The notes beneath the pieces were generated by a model. That model was not told the DNA's origin, ran no database searches, and saw only the letters and a program-made list of their open reading frames with translations. The position numbers and the translations under genes are program-made. A stretch of 64,000 nt of DNA from Sedimentisphaerales bacterium (GTDB lineage: Bacteria > Planctomycetota > Phycisphaerae > Sedimentisphaerales > SM23-30), in NCBI GenBank assembly GCA_963666285.1, contig OY762711.1, one strand, 5' to 3'. This document shows positions 1-10,673 of this stretch, piece by piece. Position 1 is the first letter of the stretch; each line of letters starts with the position of its first letter.

Positions 1-268
1 ATATTTTCAAGCAAATATTTATCAAAAATACTTCCTGTTGTTGTTCAATTTGCAGGGGCCACCAGATTTTGTATGCGGAGTTTGTAAAAATTATATGAAA
101 TCTATACTTGTTTATAATATTTATATCCTATAGATATTTCACTTGAGGACTAAATTTTCGATGAAAGATTTGAATATATGTCACAATTTGTCGATTTCCG
201 CTGACGCAAAATTAACCATATACAATGTGTATATTAAGGTGATTATCTTTTAAAATGAAATGATATTG

Positions 269-1525
269 TTATTTTTTAATATCTCGATTTGCCTGTTCAA
301 TTCTTTTCAATATCTCATCTGTTTTGCCATACTCCAGGCTCCAGTGTTGCTCGCCTCGCTCTATGACGCTGTCGTGATAGGTCCAATAAAGAGTAAGAGG
401 TATTTTGTTCTTTACGATTTCTTGCAGGCATGATTCAATGTATGGCAAACAGCCTGGTTTTCGATAATCTTCGATTTCATCAGGCATTTTTTTATACATT
501 CCGATTTCTCCTATCATTAGGGGCTTACCGATTTTTTGAGCTGTCTGCATAAATGATTTTATATTTCTCGTACTCATATTGTCATTGCCGTCAAAACATG
601 AGAATGCTTCTTCATAATAATGGATACTGATAATGTCGATCGGGTCTGGATTTGAAAGTTGGATGTATTCAATCAATTCCTGCCGGTTGTCACGAGTCCA
701 GTCGACCGGTTCAATATTTAAAGCAGCTCGCAGCAAATGCATAGCCGCCGGACGTGGAGAAGAGTGCCCGGTTGTGACCAGGTGATTTTTGTCGATGGAT
801 TTGATTAATTCAGCTAGCTGCTGCACCATTTCTGCCAGCTCTTCAGATGTAAAATTGTTACTGCCATCTCGAACAACGACTGACGGTGTTAAGTTATGTG
901 CGTAATCTCTGATAACACCATTATTTAATTGTAAATCCGCTTCCAGGTTCCATTCGTTGCCTAATTCCCACATTGCAATAGTTGTGCGATCCTTATATCG
1001 ACTGACAACGGCAGTAATATATTCTTTTATTTTCTGGCGGGCGGCAGATTGAGGATTGATAATACCTTCATGAATAGAGTGGCCCCCAAGATCAGCAAAG
1101 ACAGCGTTCCACCATATCAATGAAGGTATTACCTTTATATCATATTGGTCGCACAGATCTAGAATCCGATCAAAACGTTTAAAATATATTTCACGCTTGG
1201 CAATTTGTATTTCTTTGTCCCGATGGAAAAAATATCGATCATAATCTATCGCAAAATATGGACACGCCATAAAACGTACAATCTTAAAGCCATGTTGGTG
1301 TAATGCCTCTAAATCCCTGGTTACTATCTGTTTGTTTTTTGTTTGCCATTCTTCTTCCGGGCAAAAGATTGATTGGTGCAGCAAATCATATTTGTTGAAG
1401 CCAATTTCCCGGTACTCCTTTCCGTCGAGATAAAGATCTGTCCCTTTTGCTTTAAGGAAACCCTGACTTGCTGAACAGCCGGCAGCACTAATAAGCACGA
1501 ATAATATTATGTTAATAGTTTTCAA
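269..1525 (-). CDS. Secreted GH5-like glycoside hydrolase (mannanase/cellulase-like)
   Basis: Signal-like N-terminus; clan GH-A motifs WELGNE (acid/base) and IGEIG (nucleophile). Confidence 0.75.
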   Translation of the reverse strand: MKTINIILFVLISAAGCSASQGFLKAKGTDLYLDGKEYREIGFNKYDLLHQSIFCPEEEWQTKNKQIVTRDLEALHQHGFKIVRFMACPYFAIDYDRYFFHRDKEIQIAKREIYFKRFDRILDLCDQYDIKVIPSLIWWNAVFADLGGHSIHEGIINPQSAARQKIKEYITAVVSRYKDRTTIAMWELGNEWNLEADLQLNNGVIRDYAHNLTPSVVVRDGSNNFTSEELAEMVQQLAELIKSIDKNHLVTTGHSSPRPAAMHLLRAALNIEPVDWTRDNRQELIEYIQLSNPDPIDIISIHYYEEAFSCFDGNDNMSTRNIKSFMQTAQKIGKPLMIGEIGMYKKMPDEIEDYRKPGCLPYIESCLQEIVKNKIPLTLYWTYHDSVIERGEQHWSLEYGKTDEILKRIEQANRDIKK

Positions 1526-1568
1526 TTACTAATCTCCAGTTTTATAAACGAGTTGTACAAGCTTTTCA

Positions 1569-1602
1569 TTCGCACTTTTCAAATTGTAATAAACGCCTAA
1601 AA
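1569..1602 (+). repeat. Repeat family A, truncated copy 1
   Basis: ttcgcacttttcaaattgtaataaacgcctaaaa matches the 5' half of the copies at 4652, 30306, 44235, 46679 and 56354. Confidence 0.7.
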
Positions 1603-1642
1603 TTATCTTTACGGATAACGCCCAACAGTCAAAAGTACGCCT

Positions 1643-4528
1643 TTATTCAAATACATACCAGGTGGAACTTTCAGGCATTACATCAATATCCAGATCGATA
1701 GAATAGTCCCTGTTCAACTTTAGCGTCTTCATCGTTCCCGAAGCATCAATGACTTTGGCCGTGTCGGTCAGTCCGGTATAATACAGGTTCACACGAATAG
1801 ATTTCGCCGCTTTTTCTTTCAGCGGGTTAAAGATCATTAGCATTCCTTTTTCCTTGCCGCCCGGATTAACATTCAGCCAGTAATCGATATCCCGTCCATC
1901 TGGCCGCCGCAGGTGGATTATATCTCCTTCCAGCACTTCACGGTGTTGTTTGTACCAGTCAACGGTATTTTTCACCATCTGTTTTGTCTGGTCCGTATCG
2001 TATAGTCTCGGCCCGCGATAACATGCCTGCACCCCGGCTCCCAGGTTAGACAGCATCATTTTCTCATAATGGTCCAGATGTTCGTTCAGCGGCTCTATTG
2101 TTGCCGCGCTGCCCCCGCCTTGATATTGCGTCAGCGGTACAAACATCCAGCCCATGCCGGGTGTTTTTTGCCAGGTACCGTCATAGATATTCTGCCTGGT
2201 GTGTATTACCTGCTGCGACCTCGGCAGCGACCAGTTTGACTCGCGGTATCCCATCCCGCATTTATTTGAGCCTGCCAGGTAGTAAAAGTCCGGCACATTC
2301 AGATAGACGCCCTGGCTTCTGCACCATTTATAAAAATCACTTATTACTTGCCATTGACGCCACCTGGAATCGCCATGACCTTTATGGCCCGGGTGATCCG
2401 TTGCCATACATTCATCGCCCGGGTAAGAGCCGTCATGTTCCAGCAGCATAAAACCGGTCTTCTCATAGAACTGGTAAAGTTTGCGAAAATAATCCTGACC
2501 CCATTTGCTGCCCAGGCACGGACTGTTGCCAAAGGTAGGTCTTTTTCCTTCCGGCATAACAACATCATTACCGTTGCCGATGCGCCTCGATGCCAGCAGG
2601 GAGTATCCGCCTATCTCGATACCTTTGCTTTTTGCATAGTCTGCGTATCTTTTCATTTCGGCGATATACTTATCACTATCGTTTTCTATATTGAAGCCGC
2701 TGCCAAAGGTAAGGATCACCATCTCAAATCCAACTTCTGCGCATTGGTCGATAGCGTTTTTTACTGTATCCCAGTCGGCGTACCGCACATGCATCATCAA
2801 TGGGTTTTCTGTTATCCACGGAGAAATAATTCGATACATCTTTCGCTGTGCCAGCCCGTTTCTTTCCCGGTCGAAGCTGTCGTTGGGTTTTATAAATGCG
2901 TGAAATGATTCAAATTCCCCGCCCGGTGCGATCTCCATGTCTGGTCCCAGTTCTGGTCGAACCTCCAGCATGCAGGGATTCATACGCGGGTAGTTTACCT
3001 GTGTCCGGTAGTCAGGGTCCGGTTGCCAGTGAACTGAGAATCGGCTGGTATTGGCCGATGTCATCCCGCTAAAGGCATATTCAGTCTCGACATGAATATT
3101 CGGCGGAGTGAATTTCACGCCTCTATCTTCCACGGCTGAACTGTATTCGACCGCCGCCAGGATCTCACTTTTGAAGTTGTTTAGCTGGACGGGTTTATTG
3201 GTTCTGTTAGCTACGGTTATCCATTTGCTAAGAACAGGCACGCCATCGTAAAGTTCGTAATGTACTGAAACATTTATTTCGTTATTATTCTGCTTGCGGA
3301 TTTCACTCAGAGAGTTTGTGTCAATGCTGCCGTATGCGGCAAATTCCATTATCCGCAAACGGACCGGGTTGCCCGGTTCAGAAAAATCATCCGCTCCTCC
3401 GGTTTTGCTGGTCTTGCCGACTCGTACAGACTTAAGCTTACCGGCGTCAGCAGGTATCGTGATTTCCTCGCATGTCGTCCATGTCCCTTTCTGCGGCTTT
3501 GCCTGGGCATATATTTTATTGTCGTCAATCATCAGTCGCAAGTTACATGGTTTGCTCAGGTCCGGTTTCTGCCTGTCGCCTGCCGCCGCATTTTCATTTG
3601 AGCCAACAGTTAAACCGAACATCGCCACACCGTTATTGTTAGCATTGCCGCCCGGACGCAGGTAGAATTTAATAACAGTATTGTCATAAACCAGTGCTAT
3701 TCCCGGCCCCCAGCTTGCACTGCTGTCTGTCCCGGCGTCAATTTGAACTTCAACCAGTTTTGTACCCTCCGGCAATTCCCGTTCGGCATAAACAGCAGTG
3801 TTGGCAGGTGTATATATCTCACCGAATTTGCCCTCGTTTATAAATGAGCTGCGCGGATGAGATTTAGATGTGTGGATCTTCCAGCTTTCGCCGGCTTTGC
3901 TGAAGTTGTCGTACAGCAGTCTTTTTCTGCCGACATTACTATCCATCGTTTCACTTATCGAGATTTGTGATAGTTCCGGCATTTTGTAATCCATTCTCAG
4001 ATGCACTCCCCTGGGTGGCCAAACAGCATCTTTGGCATGATATCGCACCTGGTTCCACTTTATCCGCTCAACTGGCTGAGAAATCTCATATCCGCAAAAT
4101 GTAAATGCATCTGGTGAAGCTTCCAGTTTATCTATCCAGTCCTCGCGCAGGAATGCAAAATTCGATTGGCCTTTTAGCCCGCCTATCTCGTGCCAGCTGC
4201 CGTCTAGCTGGATCATCGCTTCCGGTTTTACTCCGCGGATTATCGATTCGCCGGTCATAAGGTTGTCAAAGCCTGTTGTTGCCGCGTTTGGTATAAGTTT
4301 GAATGTGCGGCTGATCAAACCGTTGCAGATTACCAGCTCATCATTTTTCTTACCGCGATATACCTCGGCTTTATATGGTGAACCGTCAAGCAGCCAGTCA
4401 CTTTTTGGTAATGAATTCATTTGTGGAAGTTGTTCCGGCTTATCTGTCTGTTGCAATTCAGCATAACCAGAAGAAGCTATTAATATGCAGGTAATTATCG
4501 ACTGGAAGAATCTTTTTCTGAAATTCAT
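1643..4528 (-). CDS. Secreted alpha-galactosidase-like (GH36-related) protein
   Basis: 961-aa ORF with signal peptide; C-terminal barrel-like region with EHDGSYPG resembling alpha-galactosidase-like proteins. Confidence 0.55.
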   Translation of the reverse strand: MNFRKRFFQSIITCILIASSGYAELQQTDKPEQLPQMNSLPKSDWLLDGSPYKAEVYRGKKNDELVICNGLISRTFKLIPNAATTGFDNLMTGESIIRGVKPEAMIQLDGSWHEIGGLKGQSNFAFLREDWIDKLEASPDAFTFCGYEISQPVERIKWNQVRYHAKDAVWPPRGVHLRMDYKMPELSQISISETMDSNVGRKRLLYDNFSKAGESWKIHTSKSHPRSSFINEGKFGEIYTPANTAVYAERELPEGTKLVEVQIDAGTDSSASWGPGIALVYDNTVIKFYLRPGGNANNNGVAMFGLTVGSNENAAAGDRQKPDLSKPCNLRLMIDDNKIYAQAKPQKGTWTTCEEITIPADAGKLKSVRVGKTSKTGGADDFSEPGNPVRLRIMEFAAYGSIDTNSLSEIRKQNNNEINVSVHYELYDGVPVLSKWITVANRTNKPVQLNNFKSEILAAVEYSSAVEDRGVKFTPPNIHVETEYAFSGMTSANTSRFSVHWQPDPDYRTQVNYPRMNPCMLEVRPELGPDMEIAPGGEFESFHAFIKPNDSFDRERNGLAQRKMYRIISPWITENPLMMHVRYADWDTVKNAIDQCAEVGFEMVILTFGSGFNIENDSDKYIAEMKRYADYAKSKGIEIGGYSLLASRRIGNGNDVVMPEGKRPTFGNSPCLGSKWGQDYFRKLYQFYEKTGFMLLEHDGSYPGDECMATDHPGHKGHGDSRWRQWQVISDFYKWCRSQGVYLNVPDFYYLAGSNKCGMGYRESNWSLPRSQQVIHTRQNIYDGTWQKTPGMGWMFVPLTQYQGGGSAATIEPLNEHLDHYEKMMLSNLGAGVQACYRGPRLYDTDQTKQMVKNTVDWYKQHREVLEGDIIHLRRPDGRDIDYWLNVNPGGKEKGMLMIFNPLKEKAAKSIRVNLYYTGLTDTAKVIDASGTMKTLKLNRDYSIDLDIDVMPESSTWYVFE

Positions 4529-4651
4529 TGATTAGGTTTCCGGTGTGTTTGAATATTAATATGTAAATTGAAATATATTTCCTGGAAGTGGAAAATTTTA
4601 CCAGAAATGTCTTTTCCTGGCCAAGTTAATTTAGTTTTATAACCATGTTAT

Positions 4652-4750
4652 AGTTTACTTTCGCAGTTTTTAAGTTGCAAAAATCGCCTAAAAGGGCCTT
4701 CCTGTAACACTTTGAATTAAATATACTTTCGAGAAATAACTCGAAAATAC
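4652..4750 (+). repeat. Repeat family A, copy 2
   Basis: agtttactttcgcagtttttaagttgcaaaaatcgcctaaaagggccttcctgtaacactt plus a degenerate tail. Confidence 0.9.
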
Positions 4751-4952
4751 AATTAAATGGTAAGTTTTTTATTCACAAGGCCCTGTTCCGGCCTTTGCGT
4801 ATAATGTTGAACAGTCAAAAGTGCGAAACCGCACTTATACAATTTTATGTAAAAATGTTAAGGTTAACTATATTACTAAAACTGACCGATTCTTCACTTT
4901 GCTTTGCTGTAACAAAATATAGCACAGTCTGTTACATTAATAATTTAAATTT

Positions 4953-5024
4953 GTCTGCCGCCTGCCCTGAGTTTATCGAAGGGCCGCGGCTTTCCTTCCC
5001 TAATACCTAAACACTAATACCTAA
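4953..5024 (+). repeat. REP-like module (ccctgag..tcgaaggg) plus CTAATAC-type heptamers; left flank of the unclassified element
   Basis: Aligns with 50223-50270. Confidence 0.8.
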
Positions 5025-6666
5025 CCCGGACAAGCCGGAACCAAACAGGTTTTTATAATTATATTTACGCTGCATAAGAATTCCACGATAATGTATCAGA
5101 ATTATTATGCAGAACTTTATTGAACGACATTTTAACAAAATTAAGGGAGTTACCTCCTGTTTTGACCGTGTCATATTTACTGGTACAATACCGGGAATAT
5201 GTTTTGCCGATGGAATGACTGTGCATTTGCGTAAACACAACATTCGAATATTTGATTTCACTAAATGGGCTGAACCTTTGCGTGACCTCATTAATGAAAA
5301 CGCCAAAGTTGTTGCATCTGACAATGGTCTTGAGATAGAATTTATTCGTAAAAAGAATTTCCGCAAAGAGAAAGTTATTAAACAGATAATTGACCAAAGA
5401 GGTAATCACCCTGGGCTGGTACATATTTTCTCGGCTATGGAAACCTGCAGCAGCTATGAACCATGGCATAACAAACAAACCGGAAAAACTTATATTAGAG
5501 GTTCTCAGGGAAGGTGTTTGCATTATTATTTCTATTTTATTGATAAAGCATTGGGGCTCTGCTATTTGAGAGTACCAACCTGGGCTCCGTTCCGATTGCA
5601 ATTGTACTTTAACGGTCATAATCAACTGGCTGCTAAATTGAAAAGTAAAAATATCGATTACACCATGCTTGACAATGTTTTTATTGATATCGAAGATTTC
5701 GACAAGGCCCAAAAGCTCAGTGACAGCCTTAGCGTCAACCAGCTTCATCGCATTATTGAAAAATATGCTACTACTTATTGTCCTGTAATTACAGAGCTTA
5801 AGGAAAATTTCCACTGGAGTATAATGCAGGCGGAATATGCTACAGACATTGTTTTCAAAAAACAATCTGACCTGACCTGTATATATGAGGAATTGACCAG
5901 AACAGCTATTCATTCGGTTAAGGCTGATAATATCGCCACCTTCCTGGGAAGAAAGTTGTATACCAGCTATGAAGGTGAAATGGGCAATGACTTTAGCACC
6001 AGAATTGAAGGCACACGGATAAAACATCACATGGGGCCGGCTTCTGTCAAAATGTACGATAAGCATAAGCTTGTTCTGCGAATTGAGACAACAGTTAATG
6101 ATGTCAGCTTTTTCAAACACTACCGCAAGGTGGAACATCGCGACGGCACAACGAGCATGAAGCAGGCTCCGTTGCGTAAAAGTATTTATTCCTTTCCGGT
6201 TCTCACCGACCTGCTTGCCGCTTCTAATAGAAGATATATTGACTTTATCTCGGCTATTGATGACCCTACCTCTGCTAATAAGGATATTGATAAAATCTCC
6301 AGAGCTAAAAAGAAAAACGGTCGCAGTTTCAAAGGGTTTAATCTGTTCAACAAAGATGACCTTAAACTGATGCAAACTGTGTTGAGAGGAGAATTTAATA
6401 TCAATGGCTTTACCAGCAAACTTTTGAGAAAACACATGGGTAATAAAACCCCTAATCAGGTCTCCAGGATGCTCAAAAGACTCCGAATACATGGCCTGAT
6501 TAAGAAAATCGGAAAAACGTACAAATACTATCTGACCAAAATGGGAAGAAGAGTTATTACCGCTGCTTTGAAAGCAAAGGAAATGCTCCTTATCCCTTTG
6601 CTCAGAGGTAATTTGAACTAATTGTAATAATTTCTTTGCCATTTTGCGCAAAATTTTATTGGTAAG
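5025..6666 (+). mobile_element. Unclassified IS-like element without TIR or TSD (ends uncertain by a few bp)
   Basis: Interrupts a repeat whose uninterrupted homologue is at 50199-50345; left hairpin ccgg-acaag-ccgg; right palindrome attttgcgcaaaat (6641-6654); single long sense ORF. Confidence 0.75.
5107..6621 (+). CDS. Putative transposase-like protein with Rep_trans-like motifs and C-terminal winged HTH
   Basis: QAEYATD, KMYDK and LRIET recall Rep_trans RxDxAxD / YxK / RxE; wHTH-like tail (NQVSRMLKRLRIHGLIKK..YYLT); no recognisable DDE, DEDD or HUH motif. Confidence 0.6.
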   Translation: MQNFIERHFNKIKGVTSCFDRVIFTGTIPGICFADGMTVHLRKHNIRIFDFTKWAEPLRDLINENAKVVASDNGLEIEFIRKKNFRKEKVIKQIIDQRGNHPGLVHIFSAMETCSSYEPWHNKQTGKTYIRGSQGRCLHYYFYFIDKALGLCYLRVPTWAPFRLQLYFNGHNQLAAKLKSKNIDYTMLDNVFIDIEDFDKAQKLSDSLSVNQLHRIIEKYATTYCPVITELKENFHWSIMQAEYATDIVFKKQSDLTCIYEELTRTAIHSVKADNIATFLGRKLYTSYEGEMGNDFSTRIEGTRIKHHMGPASVKMYDKHKLVLRIETTVNDVSFFKHYRKVEHRDGTTSMKQAPLRKSIYSFPVLTDLLAASNRRYIDFISAIDDPTSANKDIDKISRAKKKNGRSFKGFNLFNKDDLKLMQTVLRGEFNINGFTSKLLRKHMGNKTPNQVSRMLKRLRIHGLIKKIGKTYKYYLTKMGRRVITAALKAKEMLLIPLLRGNLN

Positions 6667-6678
6667 ATACTAATACAT

Positions 6679-6705
6679 CTCAAGCTGACATTCGGTCAGC
6701 TTGAG
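6679..6705. repeat. Palindrome family B
   Basis: ctcaagctgac-attcg-gtcagcttgag, perfect 11-bp stem; relatives at 30437, 42415, 50314, 50603. Confidence 0.85.
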
Positions 6706-6952
6706 TATATTGTCTATTTGCAGGTTGTGATTATATTTTATCTTTAAATCTTATTGGATTCCGTTTAAGCTCTTGCAAAGAAAAGAGATAGAGCCAAATG
6801 CGGTAGTATTTCTACTTCTTTTGAAAACTTTTTTTATTCGGTTTTATTTGAAAAATAATCATCTTACTGTATCATTCATAAGTTTAAGTAACAAATACGG
6901 TTTGATTTACCGGTTTATTAACCGGGTTAAAGGTTAAGACAGGAAAGATATA

Positions 6953-8236
6953 ATGTCAAAAATAGCGGCAGTAAAAGGCACCCGGGATTTTTATCCGGAT
7001 ATTATGGCGGTTCGCAACTGGATTGTCGACGGCTGGAAGGATGCATCAATTCGCAACGGTTTTGTGGAATATGACAGCCCGATATTCGAATATCTTGAGC
7101 TTTACACTCGTAAGAGCGGTGATGAGATTGTCAGCCAGTTATTCTCCATGACCGACCGCGGCGGCCGCGACCTGGCTATCCGTCCGGAAATCACACCGTC
7201 ACTGGCACGTATGGTCAACCAGCAGATAAATGCTTTACCACGCCCGGTTAAGTGGTTCTCTACCCCAAGATTATGTCGGGCCGAGCGCCCGCAGAAAGGG
7301 CGACTGCGAGAATTCTTCCAATGGAACTGTGATATTGTCGGTTCGGAATCTATCCTCGCTGATGCCGAGAGTATTTATACTGCTGTCGATTATCTTCGCA
7401 GTGTTAATCTTACTGCCGATGATATTGTTGTACGCATATCGAGCAGGTCGATGTTGGCAGAAGTTCTCAAAGCTATGGGTTTTGCCGAGGATCAGTTAAA
7501 TACAATTTATGTGCTTCTTGACAAAAAACCGAAGGTTTCTGATGAGGCTTTTGCCGAGATGGCTGCCGAACAGGTACCCGATGCCGATCTCCGGGCTAAA
7601 ATGATGCAGTTGCCGGAAGTGAAAACTCTGGACGATATCGATGCCCTGGCACATACCGATGCCGCTAAGCAAACAGTGGCAGAGCTTCGTGAGTTATTTA
7701 CCTGCCTTGATAATATGGGCATTGGCGAATATTGTAAATTTGATATCCAGATTGTTCGCGGCCTGGCTTATTATACCGGTCCGGTATTTGAAATTTTCGA
7801 TCGTAGTGAAAGCCTGCGTGCTATCTGCGGCGGTGGCCGTTACGATAGCCTGCTGACAATTCTTGGCGGGCCAAAGGTCCCGGCTACCGGTTTTGGTATG
7901 GGCGATGTCGTACTGGAAATTCTCCTGCGAGAGAAAGGCAAGATGCCGGAGTTTACCAGTACTATTGATTATTTTGTTATTGATGCCGGTGAAGATGTTT
8001 TTGACCGTGTACTCAAACTGGCATGCGATATTCGCAGCAAAGGCAAATCGGCTTCGTTCAGTTATAAACGACAGAATATGAAGAAACAATTCAAACAGGC
8101 CGACAGCCAACAGGCGAAGTACGCGATAGTTGTTGGCGAAGAAACAGTTGAACGAAACGAAATTACTGTCAAGGAACTGGCAACCGGTCAGCAGCAGTCT
8201 GTTAATATTGAAGAGTTTTTATCTTCTCTTTCTTAA
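6953..8236 (+). CDS. hisS: Histidine--tRNA ligase
   Basis: KGTRDF, RPEITPS, ERPQKGRLREFFQ, VRGLAYYTG, GGGRYD; anticodon-binding C-terminal domain. Confidence 0.97.
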   Translation: MSKIAAVKGTRDFYPDIMAVRNWIVDGWKDASIRNGFVEYDSPIFEYLELYTRKSGDEIVSQLFSMTDRGGRDLAIRPEITPSLARMVNQQINALPRPVKWFSTPRLCRAERPQKGRLREFFQWNCDIVGSESILADAESIYTAVDYLRSVNLTADDIVVRISSRSMLAEVLKAMGFAEDQLNTIYVLLDKKPKVSDEAFAEMAAEQVPDADLRAKMMQLPEVKTLDDIDALAHTDAAKQTVAELRELFTCLDNMGIGEYCKFDIQIVRGLAYYTGPVFEIFDRSESLRAICGGGRYDSLLTILGGPKVPATGFGMGDVVLEILLREKGKMPEFTSTIDYFVIDAGEDVFDRVLKLACDIRSKGKSASFSYKRQNMKKQFKQADSQQAKYAIVVGEETVERNEITVKELATGQQQSVNIEEFLSSLS

Positions 8237-8275
8237 CATAAAACTTTAATTGACCAAATGGTCGGGCTGTGCATC

Positions 8276-8313
8276 AAAAAAAAAGACACCGTTTCTGACG
8301 ACGGTGTCCTTTT
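8276..8313. terminator. Bidirectional intrinsic terminator
   Basis: gacaccgt/acggtgtc stem flanked by A and T runs, between convergent genes. Confidence 0.8.
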
Positions 8314-8365
8314 GAATATGTGCTTTCTTTTTTTTGGAGGTCTATACATGAAGCACGATTATTGT

Positions 8366-10300
8366 TTACGCAAATGTTTTGTCTAATGCAGTTTGTTCGG
8401 GGCTCTTTTGTGCTATCTCATGGAAAGCTGCGTCAGAGTGGGGCAACCCGTTATAACGGTCGCCGCTCGACATGGCTTTTGTGGTGCTTTCTCTTCCGGA
8501 AAGAGTTGCCAGCAAGTCGCCAACAACCAGTTTCATTTGTTCTGCCTGGGCCGACAACTCTTCTGCCGCTGACGCTCCTTCTTCCGAACTCGCTGCGTTT
8601 GACTGGGTAACTTTGTCCATTTGTATCATTGCCCGACTTATTTGCTCGATACTCATTGTCTGTTCCTGGCAGGAAGAGTCAACCTCATTAAGCAGGCCGG
8701 CAACTTTTTCAACTGATTCTGTTATTTCTACCAGGTTCTGGTCTACTTCTTTACAGATTTCTACACCATTATTTGAGTTGGCTACCGATTCTTCGATCAT
8801 ATACGAGGTATTCCTGGCCGCTTCAGCTGATCGCATTGCCAGGTTACGCACTTCCTCGGCAACTACGGCAAAACCTTTTCCGGCCTCGCCCGCTCGCGCT
8901 GCTTCTACTGCGGCATTAAGAGCAAGCAGGTTAGTCTGGAATGCTATTTCATCAATTACTTTTATGATTTTGGATGTCTCTTCTGACGAAGCCTGAATCT
9001 TGCCGATCGCTTCGTTCATCTTCTTCATTGACTCTGTGCCTTGCCGGGCTGATTTAGTTGTTGAACTTGCCAGTACATTTGCCTGCTGGGTATTTTCTGC
9101 ATTTTGTTTAACCATAACCGCCATATCCTGGATACTTCCGGATGTCTCTTCCAGTCCGGCTGCCTGTTCGGTAGCACCTTGTGCCAGCTGTTGAGATGAA
9201 GTTGACACCTGGCCGGCAGCATCTTCTACCTGGTCGGCATTGTTGTTTAATTCTGTGATAACCTTGAATATCGGCCTGGTAATATTCATGCTCAGGAATA
9301 TACCAAATGCTATTGCAAATACCGCAATTACACCGGTTGATACTATGGTGAAAAATGTGCTGAAAGATGCTATCTCTTTGGTTTCTTCACCTTTGTTGTT
9401 TGCTTGTTCCAATTCAGCGTCAACTATCTGCTTAACAATGTTTTCAGCTATTGTCTGTGTTTTTGTGCCTTCTGTTTCAAGTAGGGTATGTAAATCATGC
9501 AGCAGGTCCTGACCTTTTACTATTTCAGTTCTAATCAATTGTATATTAGCCAGAAATTCATCTACAAGTTCGTTTAATTGTTCGGCAGCTTCCTGTGCTT
9601 TGCTCTTATCTCCTTCATTATAATAATTCTTAGAGCTTGCGATCAGGTTGTGGAATTGTTTATGTGTTGTCTTAACTTTTTCAATCGCTTCATTTAAGTT
9701 TTTATTGGTCGTTTTAGTGTTTATCAGCCACTTGCCAAAATTACAAACATCGTCTCTTTCGCCGCCTTCAAATTTAATATCGTGGCTGAGCATATTTGAT
9801 ACGTCGATTACGCGTTTGTAGTGATCACCTCTGAAAATTTCTAATTCCGTCCTGAGAGTTTCCGGGTTACCCAGATCTAATTCATGAAGAGTTTCCCGCA
9901 TTGCCATGTATCTCTCATTGACCGATCTCCACTCGTTGATAGCTGCCTTATATTCTTCAAAAAGCTTCTCTGCTTCTGAGCCTGGGGGTAAGTGTTGAGA
10001 ATAGTCTTCCATTTTTTCTTTATATGCGGTCCTCAGAGAGTCAATGTTCCCGACAATTTTATTATATTCCTCATTTGGCATACCGGGTGTTTGCAATTCT
10101 TTCATATTAACTACAAGTTTCTCCACCAGAGAGTCAATATGCATTATTGTTGTTACAGATGGTATTGTATCATCTATCAGTATTTGGGTTGAGTTTGACA
10201 GGTTTGTAATAGAGTATATCCCAACTCCGCCCAGAATTGCTGTGAGTATAGTAACAATAACAAATCCGCCGATTAGTTTTTTGCTTAATGACAGTTTCAT
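8366..10300 (-). CDS. Methyl-accepting chemotaxis protein with CZB-like domain
   Basis: Two TM segments; [34 protein letters not shown] signalling hairpin; DH..CNFGKWL..HKQFH. Confidence 0.93.
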   Translation of the reverse strand: MKLSLSKKLIGGFVIVTILTAILGGVGIYSITNLSNSTQILIDDTIPSVTTIMHIDSLVEKLVVNMKELQTPGMPNEEYNKIVGNIDSLRTAYKEKMEDYSQHLPPGSEAEKLFEEYKAAINEWRSVNERYMAMRETLHELDLGNPETLRTELEIFRGDHYKRVIDVSNMLSHDIKFEGGERDDVCNFGKWLINTKTTNKNLNEAIEKVKTTHKQFHNLIASSKNYYNEGDKSKAQEAAEQLNELVDEFLANIQLIRTEIVKGQDLLHDLHTLLETEGTKTQTIAENIVKQIVDAELEQANNKGEETKEIASFSTFFTIVSTGVIAVFAIAFGIFLSMNITRPIFKVITELNNNADQVEDAAGQVSTSSQQLAQGATEQAAGLEETSGSIQDMAVMVKQNAENTQQANVLASSTTKSARQGTESMKKMNEAIGKIQASSEETSKIIKVIDEIAFQTNLLALNAAVEAARAGEAGKGFAVVAEEVRNLAMRSAEAARNTSYMIEESVANSNNGVEICKEVDQNLVEITESVEKVAGLLNEVDSSCQEQTMSIEQISRAMIQMDKVTQSNAASSEEGASAAEELSAQAEQMKLVVGDLLATLSGRESTTKAMSSGDRYNGLPHSDAAFHEIAQKSPEQTALDKTFA

Positions 10301-10673
10301 ATAAAATATCTCCCAAGAACATAATTCAAGTTAAAACATTACCTGAAACCTTCATCGTAATAATTAAATTAATGCTTTATGTAGAATGCTAATATATTTC
10401 GTTCTTTTAAATGCGATTATGCTATCTGTTTGCAGTGTAAAGAGTTGTATATTAAAAATGTGTTGAAATTGTTATGGGTGATTAAATAATTATTTTTTAG
10501 CCGCATATTATTGGACTTAATATTAGTGGCGTGTTCTTAAAAATACCTGAAACGGTTTTTTTCTAAAATAATTGGCAGTTAACACAAAAATAGCTTGATA
10601 TATTATTTTTCCTGTTTATTATTTATGATTCGTTTCAATATTTTAAAGGAATTGGACCCTAACCGGAGAGACG

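Noticed and set aside
4810..4837. Short shared words aacagtcaaaagt (also 1624) and aagtgcgaaacc (also 35446)
   Set aside because: Only two short copies each; may be further repeat modules but too little to call
5107..6621. 504-aa protein as a MarR-type regulator
   Set aside because: The wHTH covers only the last ~90 aa, and the gene lies in a discrete insertion
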